Below, piece by piece: positions 1 through 14,918 of a stretch of DNA of 64,000 bases (position 1 is its first letter; each line of letters begins with the position of its first letter). The notes under the pieces were generated by a model that saw nothing but the letters and a program-made list of their open reading frames with translations, did no database searches and had not been told where the DNA came from. Position numbers and translations under genes: made by a program. Location of the stretch: the NCBI RefSeq assembly GCF_009914755.1, contig NC_060947.1. One strand, written 5' to 3'. The stretch comes from the human T2T-CHM13v2.0 reference genome, Homo sapiens.

Positions 1-19
1 ATCTTAAAATTGCAAATTA

Positions 20-305
20 GAAAAATGCAGAGCAAGCATTTGAAAGCCTATCATGTGGAAAGATGGACAAGATAGTCTTTGAAGTTCCAGAGAACATAGT
101 AGATAAAGGGCACAAGGAGGCTGATTTTAGATTGATATGGAAAAAAAATCCAGTTTTTGCAGGTTTATAACTTACGAGTTTAGTGGGCTCCTCATTACTC
201 GAAGTGTTTAGGAAGAGGCTGAATAACCAGCTACCAGCCAGGAATTCCCAAGTTAGCTGGAAAGTTCAACCTGATGGTTTCTTCCAATTCTAAAGTTTTA
301 TAGTT
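20..305 (+). mobile_element. L3/CR1 (or MIR3-like) ancient LINE 3' fragment
   Basis: Degenerate similarity to the CR1/L3 3' end (gaagtgtttaggaagaggctgaataacc ... ttccaattctaaagtttta); called by eye. Confidence 0.4.
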
Positions 306-619
306 CTCTTCAGCATAATGGTCTTGCCCTTTGCTCTCACCATATGCCTTGCACATTGTATATATCTCCAAAACTCTAAAATGGAATTGTGTTATCAAAC
401 ATAATTTGTGTTGTCTCTTCTTGAGGTGTCTTTATGCCTGTGACACATGAGTTCTAGATAACTCATCATCCTGGCTACCCTCATCTGGACTCCTTGTTTC
501 TTTATAGAGTCCCCATGCTAAGTGTATTGGAACTATTACAGTGATCTAGACACTATACTTTTGTTAACATGATTACATTAGTTTTAACCTGCTCACTGTT
601 GGCTCATATAATGCTTTAA

Positions 620-1620
620 TGTTATCAAGTGATAAGCATTCCACTTACTTTATTTTTTAATCTAAGTGCAGCTATTTATATTTATTTCTGTTAAATTTTT
701 AATGTCTCATGTTTCACCCAAAGTATTTGACTCTGTTACAAAGTTTAGAATCTCAGTTTTATCATGTATGATATTACTCATTTCTCTTATCATTTAATAA
801 TCCTCCAAAATTCTAAGCACCCTTTCTGTGTTTTTAACTGATTCATCAAGGAAAGTACATTTTTTAAGAAAACATTTTAAGGAAGAAAAGACCAAGGACA
901 GAGATTTACAGCATTAAATTTTAAACTTTTTGTGTTAATTTTATTCAGTCATTCAAAGTCTTTATATAGATCCACCTAATAGTAATGTCATTCAGCCCAT
1001 ATTACAGTATCTTTATTCATAGGGTATCAGGTAAAATTTCATCTTATGTAAGACACACTGCCCAGGGTTTTCCTCTTCCCTTCCAACTTAGAGATACTGT
1101 CCCCAAAAGAAGTCATTTTAAAATGCTTCATTTTTTTATTAAATTCATATTGGTTTGTCAAACGAAATTAAAAAACAAAACGCCACCCACTCATCATCTA
1201 TTTTTACAAATTTATATTTATATCAGGTTTATCAATATGTTCATTGGAGAACTCATGCTTTGTTTGTTTGGATAAGAGGGCTCTTAAGATTTAAGCATTA
1301 AGTCTTATGGAATGCTGACAGTAGCCCTAAGATAATTTCCAAAAAGTTTATTCACTTGCTAAGATTATAACCTTCTAGTTTAAAGGAACCACAGAGTGGT
1401 TCTTAGTAGTCCCTTGTCTCCAGAAGCATTTATGTTTTAATGCCCTAGTTTGAAGACTTTTTCTCTTGCAGGAAAAGCCTAAATTGTCATTGAAGGCATT
1501 ATAGTTCTACTTTTTATCATTGATATTTTCTTAATTTTTCTTTACAAAAGCTTTGTATCTTCAGTTTTTTCATAAGCTTCAGCTGAACATTTGCCTTTGT
1601 GGAGCTCTTCTTACAAACAA
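620..1620 (-). mobile_element. L3/CR1 ORF2 remnant
   Basis: Motifs such as atccacctaatagtaatgtcattcagcccata and tgttcattggagaactcatgct resemble antisense L3 RT-region consensus; highly decayed. Confidence 0.35.
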
Positions 1621-3818
1621 TTGGTATTATTTTCTACTTGTTCATTTCTCGTAGCCTCTTATTCTATATTTTATAGAAATCCTCCTTAAACTAAGGCTTG
1701 TTCTAAAGAAGTTCCTTGTAACTACCTTGACTTCATCTGCATCTCCTTTCCCTCCCTCATTGGGACAGTTTACGTTTGTATTACTGGAATTTAATTTTTT
1801 AAAAGTACTGATCATTAAAACTTTCCATTTGTCTTTGTAAAGTTTTAAAATCATATCTTTAATAATCTAAGGTCCATATCCAGCTATGTGTTCTTTCTCC
1901 TCACCACTAGAAGAAAAAACAAAAGCAAAATTACATAATGTGTTTCTTTTAGTTCTCTTTGTGCCATAAAAGTTCTTCCCTGTTGTTCAGCATTAGATCC
2001 CAAATAGATTCCAAATATTTCTTTGTATTTCTGAAACATGAAACCATCAGGGTTTAAATGCATGCAGTAATTACTTACATGTATTGATCTCATTTTCAAT
2101 GCATTAAATCCTATAATTAGTATATTGATGGCTTGACCAGAAAATATTGAAGTTCAGGTTATATTATTTTATATTTTTTCATCTTCAGAAGATTTTATAG
2201 AAATTGATTCAACTTTTAGCCTACAAATAATAGGAAACATGACACTATAAAAATTAGGTGACTTCATTAGGACAATTTACAATATTTTTAAGCCTGTGTT
2301 CTTGCATGCCTCAGTCAATACCAGAATATGTTTGTATAGAGTATTGGAACCCTACAGACCTGGTTGGACTTTTACAGATCTAGTAAGAGTAAGAAAATAA
2401 GAGTACCATAGATTTCTAATAGTTTGTTTTTGTTAGATCCAAGTCCTAACCCTGATCAGCCATATTCTTTAGTCAACTGTATTCAGTGGCTCCTAAGAAT
2501 TATCATTTCTATACTATGCCCCAGTTTACATTCTTTATAAATAATAGCTTCAAATTACAGAAACAAGTTGCATTCAGACTTCTTCATTTTAAGCCCTTTT
2601 ACCTAAAGTAATAATGACTTGGTAGTATAAAACTGTACTACCAATTTCTGCTCTAAAGAGCTTATAGAAATTGGGGTGATATTTGAGTATTTGTTTATTA
2701 GATTATCTTGCTGTAATCTATCTAGTGCAAGATACTTGCTGCCTGTCTGTAAAAGAAAAGTATGTTTGTTGAAGGTAATCTCTTCCATTATATTTTTAGA
2801 AAATACATAGTAACATTTCAGGATGTATGGTTTAATGAAGAGTGGTGTTGCACCACATTGTTGATGCTCCTTGATATTTTCACACATAGCCAGTGATATA
2901 CCTCTCCCAACTGAATAATTAACATAGCTGATTGTAAAAATAAACAAACTTGATTTAGCCCTTCAAAATTTATTTGCCTGTAATTCACTGAGCTTATACG
3001 TATTAAACAAAACATATAATAGGTACTTCATTGTCATGGAACCCAAACTAAATAAGTATTAAATAAAACTCATTCACGGATTTATACCTTACAAAATACT
3101 GCATATTGTCAGAAGAAGAAAGGCATAGGTGTCCAAAAATTGGTTTCTAATTAATTATAATATGGATAATTTTTTTAAAAATTGAATAACTTTTTTACAA
3201 TTCCAGCCAAAATTTAGCATGTCCTCCATTATATGGAGCAGTGAATTTAAAAATTACTTTCATGGTTTTAGAGTTTGAGACAGCCAAATTACACAAATGA
3301 TTCACTGTTTAAACATCAATAATATTTCCACTGGTGGCATAAAATCAAGCTTCAATTTCTAAAATGTGTATGGAAATCCTATGCATTACTGATATTTAGA
3401 ACTACCTTTTTGGTATATTGAGATGATTGATATTAATCAGGAGCCCTAAATCAGTTGATAAACTATTTTCACAAAATGCAGAGATATTCTATTTTACTTT
3501 GTGCCTTAAATTTTAAAGAAAGAAAGAAAACAAAGGAAAAAGACATAATTTAGTTTGTTTTACTTGACAGTCAGCAAAAGTCCACTAAGCAGGGTGTGGC
3601 TATCATCCCAAAGGTGAATAATAACAGCAATCATAAACTGGACTGATCATATATCTGAACAATGCCTAAAATCTCAAGAACCATTTATTGTACTTGCAAT
3701 TGAGTGTAGTGTTTAAAATGATGAGAATTTTGCCTACAAAATCATAATTCCTGTGGATAAAGAATGGGCACAAACTGCTATTTTTCTCTAATATAAAAAG
3801 AAATAGGCTACCTCTAAG

Positions 3819-4065
3819 TTTGTTTTTTTGTTTTTTTGTTTTTTTTTGAGACGGAGTCTCACTCTGTTGCCCAGGTTGGAGTGCGGTGGCGCGATCACAG
3901 CTCACTGCAACCTTCACCTCCCGGGTTCAAGCAATTTCCGGCTAATTTCTGTGTTTTTGGTAGAGATGGGGTTTCACCATGTTGGCCAAGCTGGTTTCGA
4001 ACTCCTGACCTCAAGTGATCCTCCCAAAGTGTTAGGATTACAGGCATGAGCCACTGCATCTGCCC
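3819..4065 (-). mobile_element. AluS-type SINE with two internal deletions
   Basis: T-rich tail then gagacggagtctcactctgttgcccagg ... ctcccaaagtgttaggattacaggcatgagcc; TSD acc(t/c)ctaagttt at ~3810 and ~4066. Confidence 0.92.
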
Positions 4066-5244
4066 ACCCCTAAGTTTTCTATCATGATTGTTCCAAAAGG
4101 TAGAATTATGATGTATTAATTTATCTGCCTAACCAAACTTTTATTCTATTCATTGCACAGTTTCTAAAATCAGAGATTATCTTAAATTGACAATATCTGA
4201 CATATTTCTATATTATCCCCCAATAGCTCATAATTCAGGTGGTTGTAACCCAATTAAATGATAGAAGCCATGAGGCTTGACTGAGTAAGGTAGAATACTA
4301 ATTCTTATTTTTTCATTGTCTCTAATGAAATGACTGACTTTTTAGAAAAGCCATTTAATTTACCCACTAATATTATAAGGCATCAGATATTTTTAGAGAA
4401 TGCTTTTTTAGAATTTAAACTGACTCAGTTTTCAAAAAAAGATTATTAAAATAAATGCACATCGTATTCTAAAAGTAAAAATAAAATAATTCAACTATTT
4501 GGGTAAAATTTGGTGACTCTTTTTCTGTTAAATTTTCAATATTTGATGGAAATGAACATATAATACATGTAACATGGCATTTTAAAATGTTAAAACAGTA
4601 ACTAATGGTTATGTCACAATCATATTTATTTTGCCTGATCCATGTGGTACAGAAACCTAGCCATTCAAAATCTGTTTAAAGGACAAAGTTTTACACATAG
4701 CAATAAAGCTGTATCAAGCAATTTGGCTGCAACCCCTTCCAACATTTCCCCAAAGTAGCAGGGTGGTGAGGTTTTTTATAGTAGTTCCATCAATCTGCTT
4801 CTATCAACAGAGAAGGACCTTTAGAGAGTATATTTTTAAGTTATATTTATAATTAAAATCTCATCCTGAGTCTAAGATTTTGTCTTACCTCATCTACTCC
4901 TAACATTAATGACATATGAATATCTTGACAATGTAGGTCATTCAAAGAAAACACCCTTTAGCAGTGGTTACACTATCATTTCATATAAGGCCAAAATCAT
5001 TTTTCCTTGACATAGCAAGCAGTGCTAGAAATAGCATTCTTTGACCTCAGTGACTTATCTTCCTAAGATTTCCCCCTCTGCTACATAGTTCACCCCAAAA
5101 ACTTTAAGTAGATCTTCTCACTTCAATTGAAAACCTAGTGAGGTATAAAGCATTTTACATAGTTGTTTAATAGAAGTCTATTCAGTGTTCAGCTTGTACC
5201 CGCAAATACTGAGATTTTGAATTAAGATGTATTTGGGCAATTTA

Positions 5245-5870
5245 ATTAATTCAAATAATATTTATGGAGGCAACACAGTGTCCTGAGTACCCACTCTGCT
5301 AAGTGCTGGAAGAAACAAAGATTTTAAAATTACAGAATCAATAAATTCATCATTTAATGGGAGAGAAAAACATACAAATGTAACTGTACAGTATATTAGA
5401 TGTTTTGAGAAATGAACACATTAAGTTCTATGAAAGCACTTAAGAGGTCTTGATTATCTCTACCTTGTGAAATCAGACAAGACCTCACAGAGGATGTGAC
5501 ATTCAAGCTGGATGAATAAGGTTTCACCAGGAGAAAAAGAAAAGGAGGGTACATTCTAGGTGGTAAAAAAAAAAAAAAAAAAAAAAATGGCATCAGCAAA
5601 GGTAGACAGGAAGAAAAACAAAGAATAATTTAGAGAAATATGGTATTTAGTGTAGATGAGTACAGATGAGACAAAGATTTATGTTAGAAATGAATTAAAA
5701 AGGTCCTAACATACCATGTTTAGAAGTTTGGATTGTATCACAAAGAACATGATAGAGAGCTTCGGTAGGTCACTCTGGCCAATATAGATGTATTAATGTG
5801 GGAGAATACAGGTGATAGGGATACCAATTAGAAAACTAATTCAACAATCCAGATGAGAGATATGATACCC
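5245..5870 (-). mobile_element. L2 LINE 3' fragment
   Basis: attcaaataatatttatggagg...ctaagtgctgga start and acctcacagaggatgtgacattcaagctgg, typical of antisense L2. Confidence 0.6.
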
Positions 5871-6488
5871 TCCCTTGACAAATGTGGAGGCAAAATGTTA
5901 CCTTCTCAGAGGAAGATCTAACAGATAGAAAGTAGGTCTTGAAGAGTAAAATGGAAACTTGGAGCTCTCCTAATGAAGAATTGGATATTGGGCTAACCAG
6001 GCACTAATAAGAGGTCTGCCAAGTAGCCCTGAATGGCCTGAAGTCAGAAAACACAAATTTAGAATGGTGACAATCAGTGTGCATATACAGTTTTTTCTAG
6101 CAATGCCCAGTGGCCAGGCAGGAGTAAGAAAGCACATATTGGAACAAGTACATGTAATACATATCCAAGAGGGAATTGAGGGGTCTAGTCAGAGGGGTCC
6201 AAATTGGATAAGGAAATGAATTCAGGAGGGAGCTGGTTCTTAATAAGATCAAAGACTAGACATTATATCATGAAAGAGATGGAAAGAGAGGAAACTATAT
6301 TCAGGGAAAGCTGTAATATTTAGGAAGTGACATGGCTTACCATGATGACAAGCTCAAATGTGTGTTGATTTTGGATTAGACAGCAAGAATTCAACACAGA
6401 GGGCACTTATTACAAAGCAACTCTTCAATATGACTCTTTTACGTTTGCATCTTGAAGAAAAAACTTTGGAACATTTTGCACGTGAGCG

Positions 6489-9068
<2,580 letters not shown>

Positions 9069-9703
9069 ATGTGTAAAGTAAGTTATCTAATGGCAAGAGG
9101 GAAACACCCATTGATAGGGAAAATAAATCCCATTTATATTAACAGTATTTATGTATTACATTTCAGTTGTTTAGTGAAGTATATTCAATGACCATATAAT
9201 GAATTATGAAGAAGTGAAAACTGAAGCTATTTTAACTTGCTATTTCCATTCTAAAGCAAATCTCAACTCATTTCAGTCAGGTTTACATCATTAACTGATC
9301 AGTCTTTGAATAAAATAATTTTAAATTTGATATCAAGGGCATTCTGAATAGAATGACTGAATTATATTTATTTGTCCTTTTACTTTCACTGCTGTCTCAG
9401 GAAGACTCTTCTTATGTTTTCTATAGATGATACCTCTCTGTTAAAGTCAAAGACATTTTAGTGATTTATCTTTTTTATAAAGATATGCCACATAGTCTGG
9501 ATTTGAAATGCAGTCTGCAAAGCCAGGCATGCCCATAAATCTGAATCTTTTATTCTTTTCTCATATAGAAAAAGAAGATATTTTTACACATGGATAAAAA
9601 TACTAAAGTAGAATTGCCTTTCTCAAGGTAAAGCCAAAACACCTATAGTGTGATGCAGTTTGTTTAAATTTTATAGGTTTGTTGAACACATTAATCTATT
9701 ACA

Positions 9704-9940
9704 AATAATAGCTAACATTTCTAATGAGTACTTACTATGTGTCAGGCACTATTCTAAGGTCTTTACGTAATATAAGTCATTTAATCCTTACAACAACCCT
9801 GTAAGGGAAATACTATTATTATCCTTATCTTCTAAGTGAGGAAACTGAGTTTAAATAGCATAATCCAGGACTCCCAGCTATTTAATAACAGACCTAAGAT
9901 TCAGACAGACATTGTGACAGCAGAGTGAACACTCTTAATT
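9704..9940 (-). mobile_element. MIR SINE
   Basis: aataatagctaacattt...cttactatgtgtcaggcact...tcatttaatccttacaacaaccct...tgaggaaactgag is the antisense MIR core. Confidence 0.85.
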
Positions 9941-10016
9941 GCATATTGCCCCTCAGACTTATAATTTTAATACAGGTTAAAATTTAGCAAAATATTTTTC
10001 ACTATATATGTATATA

Positions 10017-10048
<32 letters not shown>

Positions 10049-10367
10049 TGACCTACATAAAAGGAATTAAAATTTTTAGGTTTTATTACAGCAGCACCAT
10101 TAATATGGTTAATCAAGTAAAGCAAAAATGTTGTTCTGATCTTTCAATCACATTTACAAAAATTTACCTTTTATTAGTAGAAATTATAATTAGTGTACTT
10201 TCCAATTTTAACCAGTGTCCAAAAATCATGTACTGTGATGTGTATAAACAGTGAAACGAGTCCACCACTTGAGTCAAAACCCTTTCTTAGTATTTTAAGC
10301 TTTGACATGATTCCTTTTATAGCTAATTTTTAATATTGGGATTTTTTTTTAAAAAAAAAGAAAAACT

Positions 10368-10665
10368 GGCTGGGCCCAGTGGCTCATACCCAGCACTTCA
10401 GGAGGCCAAGGCAGGAGGATTGCTTGAGCCCAGGAGTTCGAGACCAGCCTGGGCAACATGGCAAAGCCCCAAGTCTACAAATACAAAAATTAGCCAGGCA
10501 TGATGGTGTGCACCTGTAGTGCCAGCTACTCAGGAGGCTGAGGTAGGAGGATCACTTGAGGATGGGAGGTTGAGCCTCCTGTGAGCTGTGATCACACCAC
10601 TGCACTCCAGCCTGGGCAACAGAACAAAACCCTGTCTCTAAATAAATAAATAAATAAATAAAATA
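10368..10665 (+). mobile_element. AluJ SINE with (TAAA)n tail
   Basis: ggctgggcccagtggctca...gaggattgcttgagcccaggagttcgagaccagcctgggcaacatgg (AluJ diagnostics). Confidence 0.9.
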
Positions 10666-11469
10666 ATTCCCAAGAATTAAGTCTGGATACTGGTTTGAAA
10701 ATTATTTCATATGGTGACTAATCAGAAGTTATTTCAATTTTTCCTTCGAAGTTCTACTTTATACATTTTGTGGAAACAATCCAAATATTTCTGCCTATTT
10801 ATTTATCTATCATTTGGTGGAGATATAAAGCAGTAGATTTATGAGTAAAATTCAGAGATACCACTGATTTTACCAATTCCTACTCACAGATGCCAAGTCT
10901 GATATATTGTGTGTTTCTGTGTATTCTCTCATGATGAAACATTACTTTTAATCACCTCTTACAAATCGGAAGAGTAAATGCATGTAACCTGAAAAGAACT
11001 ATTAAAGAATGCAACATTAATGCTTTAATCTATTTCCACCTTCTAATATCTCATGCAGTATGTAGAATAAAATAAAAACTCATAATTCTCACATTTCCTG
11101 CATCTTCTTTCAAGATATTGCATATAAAACTACTTCGTAAAGTAGAAAGTGAAATGCAAATGTTAGTACCATAATTATTATTACCGAGCTAACATGCTAA
11201 ATTGGTTTGCCTTCAAAATGTTAACACCAAATTGAAGAGTAAAAGTTTTTCAGTGATAATTCTTAGGATTCCTTGAAAAAAGAATACTAATTAGAATATA
11301 TGATATTTTGCAAAAACAGCAATACCTCCATTAAATTCCTAGCTCCTCTTTAAGAAAACCAGATTCAGAACTAGTGAATAACTTATTACTTTTATCCCAT
11401 ATGTTCTGGCTTTTGATTTTACATCTTAGTAATAAGTTGATATGGGTATCTGTAACCCACCCTTCTTAG

Positions 11470-11489
11470 CAGGTTGCCATGACAACCTG
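11470..11489. promoter_or_regulatory. RFX X-box motif in a 20-bp near-perfect palindrome
   Basis: caggttgccatgacaacctg; core GTTGCCATGACAAC is one substitution from the canonical X-box GTTGCCATGGCAAC. Confidence 0.5.
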
Positions 11490-12306
11490 AGGTAAAGTAC
11501 CAGTTCACTGGAGCTTCAGGCTTTGTCCACGCTAAATACAAAAGCTGCATTTGATTTCAGCTTGGCCGTTTCTGTTGGGAGCAATGTACCACAGTTCTTT
11601 CCACTTCCCTGGCTGACTTTTTCATCACCATGGAGACCAGATCTGCCCACACAACTAAGATGTGAAACCATTCCTCATATGGCTAAAACTAAGGCCTTGG
11701 TTCCCAAGGCCTTTTTTAAAGTATATTACTTTGTTAAAGAAGAGTTCCTGCTTCTGCTTTTAAAGTGTTTATTGATTTTCCACAAAGAGAAAACAAACTT
11801 TCTGGTGCTGAAGATTTAAAATAAGGAGAAAGAAAATGACATTTTCCTTGGTCAGTTTCTGGTTTTGTGTGTACTGTATTCATGGTGTGTACTCTGCATA
11901 GTCAATTACTAAGGAATAATGTTTCATTTCAAATTATATGACAATATTCCTAAATAGTAGTTCACACATTTAATGTTCACTTGATGGTGGGCTTAAAATG
12001 TGACTTTTAGTTTGAGATTTCCTAAATTTGTCACTAAATCCAATATTAGTATCTTTTAGATTAGTTCTGCACTTCCAATAAAATCAGTATGAGAAGTTAT
12101 TCTAGAACCTTGATCATAAGTATGCATGGACTTAAGGAAGAACTAATGTAATTTATCACTACAAATCCAGTTATAGCATATCCAGATAGATCTGATGAAT
12201 TAGCTATAGAAGATCATATAGCCCAATTTTTAATATATTCTTGCATATGTAAATTTGTAATGTTAGTATGTGTATATAGGTGTTCATGTGTATACACACT
12301 TATATA

Positions 12307-12310
<4 letters not shown>

Positions 12311-12345
<35 letters not shown>
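12311..12345. repeat. (CA)n microsatellite
   Basis: Directly visible. Confidence 0.95.
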
Positions 12346-12349
<4 letters not shown>

Positions 12350-13783
12350 GATTAGTACCACAAATAGGGTCAAAGTTCCACAGAGTTCTTTGAAGATCAC
12401 ATTTGTTATGGAGATACTAAATACTTTACAGCTGCTATTATTTTTTTGCCATCCCCTCCCGGAAAATGGCATCAGTCAAAGGAGATGGTAGGAAGTCTTA
12501 AGTGGTGTTGGGAATCCCAAATTCACCCCTTGATTTGCACATTCCTCAAAGTGACTTAGGATGGCATCTCAACTTTCATGGTTGTGTTTTTTACCCTAGA
12601 GAAGGCAACATGGCCCTTGCTTAATAAAATACATATACTAAATAGGAATTCCAAAAAATTCTGACTTCAATAAAACATAGAATTGTTCTTATTTTTTAAA
12701 ATATATTATGAATAAGCTAGCACCATAAAGGTGCCGTAAATTAGTTTACAGATGGGAAACAAATTTATTAACATAAATGAATTTTTTGTTTTGTTTACTA
12801 GCAAGAAGTTAGCAATCCGTTGCTATATTTGAATACAAATTATGTTGTAGGATACAGAGAACTTTCTGACATTTCAAACATTTGAATTTTGCAAGAGGAA
12901 CTCACTGCAATGAAGTTCCTGTATCATTCCAGTTTTCTGTAATTACGCTGGAGAGTGTGAAATTCAACATGTGATACTAAATGTTAAACACAGATATAGC
13001 TGGGAACCTTTTGCAATGGCTATAAAGTCATTTGTATTTTTCCATAAGAACATTGAGAGTCAGCATATCTCTAACTCTTTAGTGGAACTTTCTGTAAAAG
13101 GGCAGTGCCATATAATTTTGTCAGAAGGGAAAAATGAAAATTAATATACAATAGGGCATTTTTAAAAAGGATATTCTTCATATGTTGTTAGATTCAATAG
13201 CTTTCCATCCCAAATCCAAGATGACTTTGCTGGTCCAAAATTTAACAACCAGCAATTTCCAAGACAGCTAAGATTGAATATGAAAACTCATTACTTGATT
13301 TTTAGTTAAGATGAACATTAATGCTAATTTGTTTACATCTATGCTATATTTCTTACAAACATGATTTTGTAGTGATTTTTACCAAATTAATGTTTTTCTT
13401 CTTGTCATGTACACAACATATTTTGAATGCCTAAAAATATAATAATTTGAATGTTGGAATAGGCAGATGACTTAACAATGGGGATTTTTGAGGATTGTTT
13501 ATGATGTAATTATTGTAGATTAGAAAATAAAAGAATGTGAAAATACCATGGATTAAGGTGAGAGATTAGATTTATAACAAATTTGACATAAAGAAAAAAT
13601 CTTAATGATAAATAACTGTCAAGATACAATTTTAGATTCTTACAAATGTTTCTTGAATTTTCTTCTTACCTTTCTTTGGCACTTGCCTTGCTGGGGAAGG
13701 TATCTTTCATTGTCCTTAAATTCAACTGGCAGTGCCCCTAAAGCAGCTCCTTCTTGCCAGAGTTGCTAATGAGCAAATGATCC

Positions 13784-14686
13784 CAAATGTCAGACTGGTG
13801 TGCCAAGGAGGTTATTAATAAGGCATTAACATTTAGAAGTTATTGATGGAGGAAAATCAATATTACCATCTTTATAATATTGCAAGCTCAGTTAGAAAGA
13901 GTAAGCAGAAGTTTATTTCAGGCTTCTACAATCATAAAGAATGTTACAGTATGGGAGGAAGTAATGTCTTTAGATTTTTAGCATAAGAATCAATTCTTAT
14001 TCTGCTGTCAGTACCCCGCATTAGTACTGGAGCTAATGCTGAATGATATTCTTCTAATAAAAATAGCAGTAATCCTCCCAAAATCAAGATGGCAGTACTT
14101 TGAGGATAGAATATGAATTTAATATGAGAGTAAGAATAGGATGGACTAGACCTGTAGGACAAAAGTTCACAAAGATCTATGTTATATATATATACATACA
14201 TATATTCATTTATTTTAGTGTGTGTATATATATACACTAAATTCATATTCTATCCTCAGAGTACTGCCATCTTGATTTTGGGAGGATTACTGTTATTTTT
14301 ATTAGAAGAATATCATTCAGTATTAGCTCCAGTATCATGTCATTCCTCACGATTCAATTAGGTAATAAAAGAGGTACTGACTTGCAAAAGTAAGTGAAAT
14401 GTTAAATTCTTTTCAGGAAGAATACAACAGATAGTTCTGCTTGTGTGTGGGGGAGTGCTGACAGCAGAATAAGAAAAGAATTGATTCTTATGCTAAAAAT
14501 CTAAAGACATTATTTCCTCCCATACTGTAACATTCTTTATGATTGTAGAAGCCTGAAATAAACTTCTGCTTACTCTTTCTGAGCTTGCAATATTATAAAG
14601 ATGGTAATATTGATTTTCCTCCTTCAATAACTTCTAAATGTTAATGCCTTGTTAGTAACCTCCTTGGCACACCAGTCTGAAATTTG
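13784..14686. repeat. Long nested inverted repeat of unique (non-TE) sequence: A 13784-14014 / A' 14455-14686; B 14025-14121 / B' 14238-14334
   Basis: Manual reverse-complement alignment gives ~330 paired bp with 9 substitutions and two indels (4 and 5 nt); the ORF track shows the same peptide (KFIFYPQSTAILILGGLLLFLLEEYHS) on both strands. Confidence 0.97.
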
Positions 14687-14697
14687 ATCTAAAATAA

Positions 14698-14698
<1 letters not shown>

Positions 14699-14736
<38 letters not shown>

Positions 14737-14918
14737 CACATATATATGTATATGTGTATATATATATACACCTATATATATGTATATGTGTATATATAAA
14801 TATATGTATATGTGTATATATGTATATATGTATATGTGTATATATATGTATATATAAATATATGTATATGTGTATATATGTATATATGTATATATAAATG
14901 TGTGTGTGTATATGTATA
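14699..14918. repeat. (TG)n followed by (TA/TG/CA)-mixed low-complexity microsatellite
   Basis: Directly visible alternating purine-pyrimidine tract. Confidence 0.95.

Noticed and set aside
13944-14361. Two hydrophobic ORFs with the same TM-like peptide on opposite strands
   Set aside because: A by-product of the inverted duplication; starts lie in microsatellite-derived sequence and there is no promoter or splice support.
14390-14416. GTAAGT donor-like and TTCTTTTCAG acceptor-like motifs in the unpaired segment C of the hairpin
   Set aside because: Only ~27 nt apart (too short for an intron), with no supported partner sites; likely chance.
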